A stretch of 64,000 nt of DNA from an uncultured bacterium (GTDB lineage Bacteria > UBP15 > UBA6099). A program made the translations under genes and the position numbers. The stretch is taken from NCBI GenBank assembly GCA_964409645.1, contig CAYPEK010000004.1, positions 6,135 through 70,134 of the forward strand. Direction: 5' to 3'. The notes beneath the pieces were generated by a model. It was not told the DNA's origin. It worked only from the letters and a program-made list of their open reading frames with translations, and did not search any database. Shown here one piece after another: positions 11,130-20,321 of the stretch (position 1 is the stretch's first letter; each line of letters starts with the position of its first letter).

Positions 11130-13982
11130 TTATTTCGTCGTCATCGTGTAAACGCCGTCCCAATTTTCGCCGGGCGGGTTGATCTTGTACTCCTCGCACC
11201 TGCCTAGGAAGATTCTGCTCGGACCGTCGTTCGGTTCGGCTTCGAGCGCCAGCTTGAACTGAGCGATCGCGTCGTCCCACTTCTGCGCGAGGTAGAGTTG
11301 CGTTCCGGTTACAAAATGCTTGCGGCAGGCTTCGAGGGTGGCCGTAAGTCCCTCGTCCGTGCGGCCCATCAGCTCGAACACTTCGACCGGTTCGTCGCGG
11401 CCCTTCACCCGTATCTTGTCTATCGAGCGGGCGATTATCTTGTCCTTCGCTTTCGCATACGTGAATTCGCTTATCATCAGGCTGGTCTTGTATTGCTTGT
11501 TGGCGCCGAGAATACGGGACGCGAGGTTTACGGCGTCGCCCATGATCGTGTAGTTGAACCGCGTCTCGGAGCCCATGTTCCCGGCGATCATCATGCCGGA
11601 GTTGATGCCCACACTCGTGTGGATCGGCTTCTTTCCCTCGGCTTCCCATTTCTTGTAAAGTTCGAGAGTGGCCTTGCGCATCTCGAGCGCGGCGTAACAG
11701 TTCTTGACGGCGTTGTCCTCGTAGTAAATCGGTGCGCCGAAAACGGCCATTATTATGCTTCCCTCGTATTTGTCTAACATTCCGCTGTTATCGAAGATCG
11801 GATCGGTCATCGCTGTGAAGTATTCGTTGAGGCGGTCAACAAGTTCCTCCGGCGTCTCGGCGTCCTCGAGGCCCGGTCCGGACGCGAGCGCGAACATCGC
11901 CGACAGGTCCATCTTCTCGCCGCCGAGCTGCAACTTCTCCGGGTTTTGTATCAGCGTATCGACGACCTCCGGGTTCACGTACGTCGAGAACATCGCCTTC
12001 ATCCGTTTCGCTTCCTGTCCCTCCGTCATGAACCTGTATATAACTACGAATAGATACGTGAAAACAAGCGAAAGGATGATCGGAAACACGATGATCCAGA
12101 GCCGTGCATACGCAAAAAGAAGATACGCGATTATCGTGTAGGCCAGTATTATTCCGAACGTGACCGCAGCGCCCTTTGCCTGTTTGTACATGCCGCCGGA
12201 GTAACCCGCGACAACCGAAAGAGCAATAATCGTAAGGAAGAAAAACCAGAACGGCGTAGTGCGGATAAACAACTGATTTACGATGGTGTTCACAAGGTTG
12301 CCGTGCATTCCGACGAGCGGGTAGCGCGGGTGGAACGGCATCGGGTTCAGGTCGTGCGTATCGGAAGCGGTTACGCCGGTGAGCGTGATTTTATTGTTGA
12401 AGAATTTCATTCGTTTCTTAACAGCGTCTATTTCCTTGTCCGAAAGGCCCCCCACCTGTTTCTGTTCCGCCTGCGTGAGCGTTTCCCCGCGGTCGAACTT
12501 ATTCATAATGTTGTATATCACGGCATCGTCGTGAACGCGCCTGAAACTGCGGTGGACGAATGTGTTCGGCTGCATGTATGTGCCGGACCAGTTCACAAGC
12601 ACCGTCCCGTCGTCGAGAAGCGGTATCGTCACATCGAATTTTTTCTTATCTCCCGGTTTTGTGCAGTTCTTCAGGACAATTTTGTTCTCGTAGAAAACAA
12701 CGTCTTTCTTTTTAACGTCGAGATATCTCATCGCCAGCATCAGGTCGATATGAGGATAGAGCCTACCCTCGAACACGACCACCGGCGCCGCCGCGCGTAT
12801 GATTTCCGTGTACCATTTCAGTTCCGGCATGACGTATCCGTCGCCCGCCGAGAATTCGCCCACGGATTTGATCGGCGACTCCATCGTCACTATGTTGACG
12901 TATTTCTTGAACAGCTTTTCCTTGGAAACTGGAGCATCCTTTCCTATATCGAATCCGAACGGGTAATTTGCCTCTATGATGTTCTGATTGTATGCGTGCA
13001 ACTTATCCCGTTCGTTTTTTATTGCTTCCCTTTCGACATCTGTAAACGGGAGAGCTTTTCTTCCGCCTTTCTCTTTCGCCTGCTCTAAAAGCCTGTCGTA
13101 ATCCTCGACCTTCATGTTGCGGAGAGCGTAGTTGACGGCGACTTCTTCCTTGTTTTTCGTCTTCGCCCTGTCCGCCATGACAATCAGCTTCTGGAAAATT
13201 CCGTGGTAATGCGGATCGTACATTATCTGGCCGATCGTCACTGTCGTCCGTTCCGGCTTCGTCACAGTCTGCGCGAGATACACATTGCCAGCGTACTGGA
13301 TCGCGTCGTGGAGTATCTTGTCCCTGTCGGGCGCGATTCCGGACGGATCTGAACTTTCGAACAAAGATATTCCTTGTGAATTGAATTGATCGATCTGCGT
13401 CTGCATCGTTTTGTTGCCGGCGACTCCGAGCAGCTTGTTCTTCGCCGAATCGAGCGTCGGCAGTGTCGGCGGCAGCCTCAGTTCCTCACCCGCCTCGTAA
13501 AGTCCGTTCTTCACTTCGTCTATCGTCGCCTGATTTTCCTGAATCTGAGACGGCAGCTTATCGAACGTGCCCGCTATTTCATTGTTTAGGATCGGCCCCG
13601 AAGGATCGAAGAAGAATATATCGAAGAATGTCCCCTTTGCTTTTGAGCCCGGCGTGCCGAGGCCGCGGATAATTTCCGCGTACAGCCTGCGGTCGAACGG
13701 CCACGGCTTCCATTCCCAGCTCTCGTCGTCGATGTCGAGCAGAACGAGATTCTGCGAGATGTTCTTCTGCGGCATCGCTCCCCTGATCCGGAAGCGCACG
13801 TCGTACGTCCAGTATTCCATCTTGTTGTAGAAGTCGTTGACAATCGAAAGCGTGCTGTTGGCCTTCATCGTCTTGGTGTTGAACATAAGCCCGAAAATCA
13901 CGGCCACCACTAAGCCTATCAACACGCCCATGATCGGGTTTCGTTTCTCAGGGCTTTTCGGGAGTCCCAGCGAAAATTTCAT
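11130..13982 (-). CDS. Paralogous membrane CHASE2 class III cyclase, also 950 aa. Both metal-binding Asp are substituted, but Lys/Thr/Asn/Arg are retained (C2-like half).
   Basis: CHASE2 signature NLVLLDIDDESWEWKPWPFDRRLYAEII...FFDIFFFDP. Cyclase domain has AMFALASGPG in place of FFSDIAGFT and LDKYEGSIIMAVFGAP with Ser in place of the second Asp. It keeps VGINSGMMIAGNMG and YTIMGDAVNLASRIL. Confidence 0.85.
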   Translation of the reverse strand: MKFSLGLPKSPEKRNPIMGVLIGLVVAVIFGLMFNTKTMKANSTLSIVNDFYNKMEYWTYDVRFRIRGAMPQKNISQNLVLLDIDDESWEWKPWPFDRRLYAEIIRGLGTPGSKAKGTFFDIFFFDPSGPILNNEIAGTFDKLPSQIQENQATIDEVKNGLYEAGEELRLPPTLPTLDSAKNKLLGVAGNKTMQTQIDQFNSQGISLFESSDPSGIAPDRDKILHDAIQYAGNVYLAQTVTKPERTTVTIGQIMYDPHYHGIFQKLIVMADRAKTKNKEEVAVNYALRNMKVEDYDRLLEQAKEKGGRKALPFTDVEREAIKNERDKLHAYNQNIIEANYPFGFDIGKDAPVSKEKLFKKYVNIVTMESPIKSVGEFSAGDGYVMPELKWYTEIIRAAAPVVVFEGRLYPHIDLMLAMRYLDVKKKDVVFYENKIVLKNCTKPGDKKKFDVTIPLLDDGTVLVNWSGTYMQPNTFVHRSFRRVHDDAVIYNIMNKFDRGETLTQAEQKQVGGLSDKEIDAVKKRMKFFNNKITLTGVTASDTHDLNPMPFHPRYPLVGMHGNLVNTIVNQLFIRTTPFWFFFLTIIALSVVAGYSGGMYKQAKGAAVTFGIILAYTIIAYLLFAYARLWIIVFPIILSLVFTYLFVVIYRFMTEGQEAKRMKAMFSTYVNPEVVDTLIQNPEKLQLGGEKMDLSAMFALASGPGLEDAETPEELVDRLNEYFTAMTDPIFDNSGMLDKYEGSIIMAVFGAPIYYEDNAVKNCYAALEMRKATLELYKKWEAEGKKPIHTSVGINSGMMIAGNMGSETRFNYTIMGDAVNLASRILGANKQYKTSLMISEFTYAKAKDKIIARSIDKIRVKGRDEPVEVFELMGRTDEGLTATLEACRKHFVTGTQLYLAQKWDDAIAQFKLALEAEPNDGPSRIFLGRCEEYKINPPGENWDGVYTMTTK

Positions 13983-14176
13983 TCCGAAATCCTCCTGCGC
14001 GGCAACCCGTTACGGCTACCGCCGCGCCGGGCCCCCACGAAATTTTCCGTCCAGTTCAATTCCGTATCAGTATTATTTTCGAACCGGCTTTTATTATCAC
14101 ATAGAACACAGAATTTCCGCAATATAGAGAGGTTAAACTAAAGATGTGATTTAAGATTGGTTTTATGATAACAGTT

Positions 14177-16261
14177 CTATCGATTCCTTACAAACAGATA
14201 AATAACTGGTGAATCGCCGACCTTTTCATTTCGATAACCTTCGAGCGGCAGGTTTTTCTTTTCGAACACATCCGCGTCGTCCATCGCGACCACGAAAAAA
14301 CTGTCGCCGAGCCAGCCCGCCGCCGGAGTCTCGATCTTTCCGCTCATCGAATAAAAACGTCCGATCCTGTCAACGAATCCGCCGCCCGCCGCCGGATGAG
14401 ATATCTCCGCGTCCAAGGTGTCCCTGTCTCTCCTGTCGAAAGCATCCCACCCGTTCGCATCAAATACAAACGGCAGATAATAAGAATACGGATAGATCAC
14501 CACCGGGGTGTCGCGCAACTCCTGACTCGACACCACATCCCGCGCAACGGCGAACTGTTTTTTTGCGCGGCTCTCGCGGCTTTCCCTCAACACATCCCCG
14601 CCACTCCTGTTCAACACGAACAACGCCGCCGCTATCACTGCAACAGACACAGCCAACCGAACCGCGCGGCCGGAAATCCCGGAGCCCCCACGTTCCGCGC
14701 TCTTCAACACCGCCTCCGTCACAATCCCGGCAGAGACGAATACACACGGCAATGCAAAGAAAAAATAATGGTCAATGTTTTTCAACACCCCTGCAAACAT
14801 CAGTCCGGCCGTGGCGGACACCCCACACGCTGCGGATAAAATTATCGCGCCCCTGAAATCCTTTCTAAAAACAAATGCCGCCGCAAACAAAACACACGCC
14901 CCGGCCGCGTAAGCCCCCAGCGCTCCTGCCGATCCGGACGCCGGCAGCTCCGTTAAATGCCAGACCGCGGCTCGCAGCCCTAACGCCGAAGGAAGAATCA
15001 GCGCCGCCGCGAAAAGAATAAACCGCGCCATACCCGCCGCACCGCGCTTTTCGCGTATCAGCAAAACCTCGTTCACCGCTGGACCGGCGAGAAGCGTCAC
15101 GGTCAGCGGATTCGACAACACCATGCACGACGCGAACAAGTCGAATAGGAAATACCTGCCGGGCTTCGGGTCGCGGGCTATCCCGTCATACAGCAGAAGA
15201 GCTCCCGAGGATAAGAACATGAACAGCGCATACCCCCTGATGTCCTGAATCGAATAATTTACATAAATCATCGAAGGTATGATCGCCGCTATCCACGCAA
15301 CGCTCTTTCTCACATGCTTCGCAAGAAGCGCGTAAGTGAAACACGCCGCGAGCGCCGCGAACACCAGCGAGATGCCGCGAATGACAGCGAAGCTTTTTGC
15401 TTTAACGAGAAAAAGAAGGAGCGTGCGATTGAGCAGCGCCGGCATCCCCGGGTCTCCGAAGATGTACACGGCCTTCAGGTCGAAATTCTCCACCGGCCAC
15501 TTGGCAAACCCGGGGAGAACCGCCAGATCGTCCAACGAACAGAAAGACCACAGAGTACTTTTATACATGCCCGCGAACACAAGCAACATAAAAGCCGCGA
15601 ACAAAAAATCGTACAAGCGGCCCTTTCCGCCTCCCGGGACGGGAAGCATCCGTACTCCCGCGATGCCTTTTGAATCGTTTTTCGGCTTATTGAACAGATG
15701 CGCCAAATCCATCGCAAGCAGCAAAACGATAAAGAAAATAATTATCGAAACCAGCCACCTGAAATTCGCCGCAAGAAATGAGGCTGCCTCGGCTGTCCAC
15801 TTTTTCGACCCCGAGAAATTCTCCTGCTGTGCCTCAATTCCCTTAACATATCCGATTATTCCTCTAAGGATTTTCTCATTTCGGGAACTGATGTCTCCAC
15901 TGGCGCGATACGAAATATTATATTTCTTCGTCCGTTCGTAGCACGGCTTTTCTGCATCCGCCGGCATGAAATTCACCACCAGCGAATCGCCGCCGGGACC
16001 TGACAGCGACATCTCCTCCGCGCCGTCTTCATACTTTTTCTCCTCGGACAAACGCCATCCATCCGCCCCGCCCGTGCCAAGATACTCCTTCACCATATCC
16101 GCAGCTTCCGGCATGCGGCCGGACGCACTCCCGGCCTCCGGAAAAACCGGCAGCTTTGTCGCGCACGCATACAAAACTAGAAGCGCCGCCGCAACCACAA
16201 TAATAAAACCGACGCCTCCCGGCCTCTTTCCACTCTTTCCGCTTCTTCCGGAACTCGCCAT
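14177..16261 (-). CDS. Polytopic membrane protein, putative GT-C-type glycosyltransferase (ArnT/PMT-like)
   Basis: 694 aa with at least 10 predicted TM helices and long hydrophobic stretches, plus a ~120-aa C-terminal soluble domain. No sharp motif was recognised; the assignment rests on architecture and glycosylation gene context. Confidence 0.35.
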   Translation of the reverse strand: MASSGRSGKSGKRPGGVGFIIVVAAALLVLYACATKLPVFPEAGSASGRMPEAADMVKEYLGTGGADGWRLSEEKKYEDGAEEMSLSGPGGDSLVVNFMPADAEKPCYERTKKYNISYRASGDISSRNEKILRGIIGYVKGIEAQQENFSGSKKWTAEAASFLAANFRWLVSIIIFFIVLLLAMDLAHLFNKPKNDSKGIAGVRMLPVPGGGKGRLYDFLFAAFMLLVFAGMYKSTLWSFCSLDDLAVLPGFAKWPVENFDLKAVYIFGDPGMPALLNRTLLLFLVKAKSFAVIRGISLVFAALAACFTYALLAKHVRKSVAWIAAIIPSMIYVNYSIQDIRGYALFMFLSSGALLLYDGIARDPKPGRYFLFDLFASCMVLSNPLTVTLLAGPAVNEVLLIREKRGAAGMARFILFAAALILPSALGLRAAVWHLTELPASGSAGALGAYAAGACVLFAAAFVFRKDFRGAIILSAACGVSATAGLMFAGVLKNIDHYFFFALPCVFVSAGIVTEAVLKSAERGGSGISGRAVRLAVSVAVIAAALFVLNRSGGDVLRESRESRAKKQFAVARDVVSSQELRDTPVVIYPYSYYLPFVFDANGWDAFDRRDRDTLDAEISHPAAGGGFVDRIGRFYSMSGKIETPAAGWLGDSFFVVAMDDADVFEKKNLPLEGYRNEKVGDSPVIYLFVRNR

Positions 16262-16425
16262 TCATTCCCCTCAAAACCGCTTTATTATACATTATTTGAC
16301 TCCGGGTTTGCAGAATCGGCGCCGTGCGAAGAACGGCCATTTCAGCCTCAGGCCTTGTCTGCCGCAGCCCGCGCGGTAGAATCTTATTCATACACGGCAC
16401 GGAGGCCATTACCGTTGGAGGCGAC

Positions 16426-17508
16426 ATGAGTTACATTCACGACAGAAACTGGGGATGCAGAATATCCGCTGATCACACTTTCCGAGGACTGCGCACCCTC
16501 GTCATGGAAAACGAGCTGTTGCGCATCAGCATACTGCTCGATAAAGGCACGGACGTTTACGAATTCCTGTACAAGCCCTACGACATCGACTTTATGTGGC
16601 GCGGACCTCAGCAGCTTCGCGACCCGAGGACATTCGTCTCCACCGGCCCGCGCGACAACGGTTACTTTCAGGACTTCTACCACGGCGGATGGCAGGAGAT
16701 ATTTCCCAACGGCGGCGTTCACCTCACCTACAAGGGCGCCGAACTCGGCCAGCACGGCGAAGTGTCCCTCATGCCGTGGGAATGCGCTATCGTCGCCGAC
16801 CGCGAGGACGAAGTTGCCGCAAAGATGTGGGTGCGCACCTGCCGCACTCCTTTCTACCTCGAAAAAACGCTGCGCCTGAAATCCGGCACGGCCGCGCTGT
16901 TCATCGAGGAACGGGTCGTCAACGAGGGCGACGAGGAGATGGAATTCATGTGGGGCCACCACCCCGCGTTCGGGGCGAATATCCTCGACTCCTCATGCCG
17001 CATCGACATCCCGGCTACCCGCGTCGAAGTGCAGGAGCCGCTGTTCTGCGAAACAAGCCGCCTCACGCCCGGCGCATCGTTCGATTCGTTTCCGATTATT
17101 AAGGACTCGGAAGGCCGCGACTTCGACCTCTCCGCCGTCCCGCCCCCGGAGGCGAAAACAAGCGAGATGTGCTACCTCCTCGGACTGAAGGAAGGCTGGT
17201 ACGGCTTGACAAACGGCAACCGCAAGGTCGGCGTCGGAATGTGTTGGGACAAAAAGGTTTTCCCGGTGGTCTGGCTGTGGGAGGTATTTCGCGGCAACCA
17301 CGGATACCCTTGGTACGGCAGGACTTACAACCTCGCGCTCGAACCGTGGACGAGCTGGCCCGGCGGGATGTCCAACGCGCTCGCCAGAGGAACAACGGCG
17401 AAACTCGGCCCGCGACAGTCGGTGGAAACCTCGCTTCTGATGACGGCGTACGACGGAATCTCGCGTGTCACGAAAATACACCCCGACGGGAAGGTCGAAG
17501 GCAAATAG
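16426..17508 (+). CDS. Aldose-1-epimerase-like (DUF4432-type) protein
   Basis: The in-frame ATG at 16426 gives MSYIHDRNWGCRISADHTFRGLRTLVMENELLRISILLDKGTDVYEF. The interior carries FMWGHHPAFG and NLALEPWTS, which resemble the mutarotase-like fold family. Confidence 0.45.
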   Translation: MSYIHDRNWGCRISADHTFRGLRTLVMENELLRISILLDKGTDVYEFLYKPYDIDFMWRGPQQLRDPRTFVSTGPRDNGYFQDFYHGGWQEIFPNGGVHLTYKGAELGQHGEVSLMPWECAIVADREDEVAAKMWVRTCRTPFYLEKTLRLKSGTAALFIEERVVNEGDEEMEFMWGHHPAFGANILDSSCRIDIPATRVEVQEPLFCETSRLTPGASFDSFPIIKDSEGRDFDLSAVPPPEAKTSEMCYLLGLKEGWYGLTNGNRKVGVGMCWDKKVFPVVWLWEVFRGNHGYPWYGRTYNLALEPWTSWPGGMSNALARGTTAKLGPRQSVETSLLMTAYDGISRVTKIHPDGKVEGK

Positions 17509-17553
17509 GCCGCGGCCGGACTTTGTCGGGCGCAACGACCGGATTTCTCTGCT

Positions 17554-18303
17554 ATGGACGAACCGAAACCCGGATATCGTGAATTCAAACAACTCGCGGA
17601 CCGCACAACTGTTGTGCTGGTCAGCACCCGGTATGGCGGCAACATCGGCGCCGTGGCGCGCGCGATGCACAACTTCGGGTTCGCCCGCCTTCGGCTGGTC
17701 TCGCCCCGAGGAGGCATCGACGAGGACGCCCGCAGGCTCGCCGTATATTCCGGAGAAATCCTCGACCGCACGGAGATATACGATACGTTCGAAACCGCGA
17801 TCGCCGGAGCGGACATCATCGCCGGCACGACACGCCGGATGGGCAGGCGACGCGGGCGCTTCTTCAGGCCGCCGCAATTCGCCGGCGAGATGCTCGGCCT
17901 GCCGTCCGATAAAAACGTAGCGCTTGTATTCGGCGCGGAGGACACTGGCCTCACAAACGAGCAGCTCGACCTCTGTAACCGCCTCGTCACTATCCCAACC
18001 GCTTCGGAATTCGATTCGCTGAACCTCTCCCACGCAGCCGCAGTCGTCCTGTATGAAATCAGCCGTTGCTTCGATTTCTCGCCTCGTGAAAAAGCGGAGC
18101 GCGAGCGCGGTGTGGAGGAGTTGCTGATACACTTTGAACAGTCGCTGAGAGCGGCGCGTTTCCTGCCGCCGGAAGGTGACCCTCTGCGGGTCATGCTGAG
18201 TCTGCGCGGGATGCTCTCTCAGGCGGGATGGTCCCGGCGCGAAACAGAACTCATGCACGCCATTCTCCAACGCTTCGAGCGGGCTATGGATGAAAACAAA
18301 TAG
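17554..18303 (+). CDS. SpoU/TrmH-family RNA 2'-O-methyltransferase (TrmJ-like)
   Basis: SPOUT motifs VVLVSTRYGGNIGAVARAMHNFGF, ALVFGAEDTGLTNEQL and SLNLSHAAAVVLYEI. Confidence 0.8.
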   Translation: MDEPKPGYREFKQLADRTTVVLVSTRYGGNIGAVARAMHNFGFARLRLVSPRGGIDEDARRLAVYSGEILDRTEIYDTFETAIAGADIIAGTTRRMGRRRGRFFRPPQFAGEMLGLPSDKNVALVFGAEDTGLTNEQLDLCNRLVTIPTASEFDSLNLSHAAAVVLYEISRCFDFSPREKAERERGVEELLIHFEQSLRAARFLPPEGDPLRVMLSLRGMLSQAGWSRRETELMHAILQRFERAMDENK

Positions 18304-18353
18304 CTTCGCCTGAACCGGCGATCGATCCCTACTATTTTCAGATACAGTTTTTA

Positions 18354-20144
18354 TTAACGGAAATTAGAAGCTACGTCGAAGAAGAAATCGTTGCCTTCAG
18401 TCATCCAGCCGAGATTCACCTGCGTCCCGTACACCATATATGTCATGTTGAAATTTTTGTTGTCGAAACGCTGGTCTTCCGTGTCATAAATGAGGCTGGA
18501 CCATAAGCGGCACTTCTTGCTGAACGTGTAGTCGAGCGTCGTGTTGAGTTCGCCGATTTTCGATGTGCGCAGACTATACGCCGACCCGACGCTCATGTTC
18601 CAGCGCGACGAATGGGACATCGAAACCGAAGCGGAAAGCGACTGGTCCGCGCTCGCGCTTCCGGCGCTGCGCCCCGCGCGCGTGTTGTAACTGAAGTTGA
18701 ACAGCTTCCCTCTGCCCATTTTGTAGTTGTAACGCACCGACACGCTGTTCGATATGCGCGCTGTGCCCTCGGAGGCCATTCCGATACCTGACGAAACCGA
18801 CAGGTTGACCATCGACTTATTGGTTATGTTTATCCCGGACCTGAACGCGCTCACTCCAACGAAAGCGCTGTTCTCCGAATCCTGATACTTGTTATTGGTC
18901 AGATCCGCATGTGCGTTCATATTCCAGCCGAGCTTGCGGCTTTTCCCTATGTAGCGCGTTCCCCTGTCGAGACTCACTATCGCGTTCACGTTCGAGATGC
19001 CGCTCGAACTCAGGCGGCTCGTGTGCAGGTATCCGCGTATTGAATTCTTGTTCCACCTCGTGTTGCCGCTGAGCTGAAAATCAAGCTGCCCCGTGTGGGA
19101 GAAAGACATGTTGGCCATCGTGGACCGCGCGGTGCCGCTGTGTCTCGAAAGCGACAGCGCGTAGCCGGCCGTCCCTGAAAGCAGGTTTGATATCGACAAC
19201 CCTCCGCCGACTCTTTCTCCGAGCTTGAACGCTTGCTTTACGCTCGCCTTGTACTGGCTCGGCGAATCCGCGTCATAAACAACGTCGAAGAACCCCTGTT
19301 TGCCTTTCGTCTCTTTATATCTGACGCTGGTGCCTATGCCCCAGTTCGTGTTGGAGCTGTATCTTATGTTCGTCAGACGCCAGTTGCCGGGCGTCACCTT
19401 TTTGCTCGTGTTCGTATAGTACGGCAGGCTGATAACCTTGTTCCCCTTGACCCAGAGTTTCGCCTGCCACGCTTCGTATTGGTCCGCGGGCGACACCCTA
19501 AGCCTCGTCGCCGTCACCGCGTTCGTCGTTATCTCCGGCTCGTCGTAGAGGAACGTTCCCTCGCCTATCACCGGTAAGTCCGACATCTCCTGCAGAGCCT
19601 CGCCCTGAAGGTAAATGCGCTTTGTGGCCTTCCGCGTCTGAATCAGTTCGCCCGCCATCCGTTCGATGTCAAATCGCAACTGATCTCCCTCGAACGTCCT
19701 GATCCCGGAATTCTCCCGGCTCTTTATCTCCTCTTTCAGCCGTTCGTCTGCTTCTTCGGCCATCGTCTGCTCCGTGCCGCCCACCCCGAGCACCTGCGTC
19801 GAACTCGTCGTCGTGCTCTCGGAAGTCGCCATCGTCGTCATTATCACGCTGCTTTCCGCGTACAGAATATGGCTCTTCACATCCACACGAATCGTTTTCG
19901 CCTGAAAACGAATTTTCTTATACATGAATTCGGACTGGCCTTCGCAATAAACAATCTTCTTATCAATATCCAGCAGGATGTAATTCGAATTAAGTGTGTA
20001 CGGGGTGTTGATCGCATCCGCCCGGCAGGCACAGAAAAGCACCGCTGCACATACGAATACAAGCAGCCTTGCCGCCGCGCCCGCCCCCGCGGTTGTTATT
20101 CTTTTTCTGTTCGCTCTTCCGGCCATTCGTCTATTTCTGTGCAT
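18354..20144 (-). CDS. Outer-membrane beta-barrel protein with an OstA/LptD-like N-terminal domain
   Basis: Signal peptide. N-terminal YILLDIDKKIVYCEGQSEFMYKKIRFQAKTIRVDVKSHILYAES resembles the OstA-like domain. The C-terminal ~400 aa is Ser/Thr/Asn/Gly-rich with alternating beta-strand character. At 596 aa it is shorter than canonical LptD. Confidence 0.5.
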   Translation of the reverse strand: MHRNRRMAGRANRKRITTAGAGAAARLLVFVCAAVLFCACRADAINTPYTLNSNYILLDIDKKIVYCEGQSEFMYKKIRFQAKTIRVDVKSHILYAESSVIMTTMATSESTTTSSTQVLGVGGTEQTMAEEADERLKEEIKSRENSGIRTFEGDQLRFDIERMAGELIQTRKATKRIYLQGEALQEMSDLPVIGEGTFLYDEPEITTNAVTATRLRVSPADQYEAWQAKLWVKGNKVISLPYYTNTSKKVTPGNWRLTNIRYSSNTNWGIGTSVRYKETKGKQGFFDVVYDADSPSQYKASVKQAFKLGERVGGGLSISNLLSGTAGYALSLSRHSGTARSTMANMSFSHTGQLDFQLSGNTRWNKNSIRGYLHTSRLSSSGISNVNAIVSLDRGTRYIGKSRKLGWNMNAHADLTNNKYQDSENSAFVGVSAFRSGINITNKSMVNLSVSSGIGMASEGTARISNSVSVRYNYKMGRGKLFNFSYNTRAGRSAGSASADQSLSASVSMSHSSRWNMSVGSAYSLRTSKIGELNTTLDYTFSKKCRLWSSLIYDTEDQRFDNKNFNMTYMVYGTQVNLGWMTEGNDFFFDVASNFR

Positions 20145-20195
20145 ACAACATAAACTAACGGTTTTTCCGGCTCATTTATATTGTACCCGAAACAC

Positions 20196-20218
20196 AGCAC
20201 GGCTAATCGCGCCGTGCT
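20196..20218. terminator. Stem-loop AGCACGGC-taatcgc-GCCGTGCT
   Basis: A perfect 8-bp stem lying 104 nt downstream of the minus-strand GH115 stop and followed (minus strand) by GUGUUUCGGG. The U-tract is weak. Confidence 0.3.
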
Positions 20219-20321
20219 CCTTCCGGCCCCTGAATTTTATCATAAACAACCGCTTCTTACTATTATTTTAAATTTAAATGTGTATATATGGCCCCGGACA
20301 GACGGAGCTCTTTCCACCAAT

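Noticed and set aside
14090-14150. Possible cAMP-CRP site (TCACA ... TGTGA) upstream of the cyclase pair
   Set aside because: The half-sites are ~40 bp apart instead of the required 6-bp spacer. No TGTGA-N6-TCACA was found.
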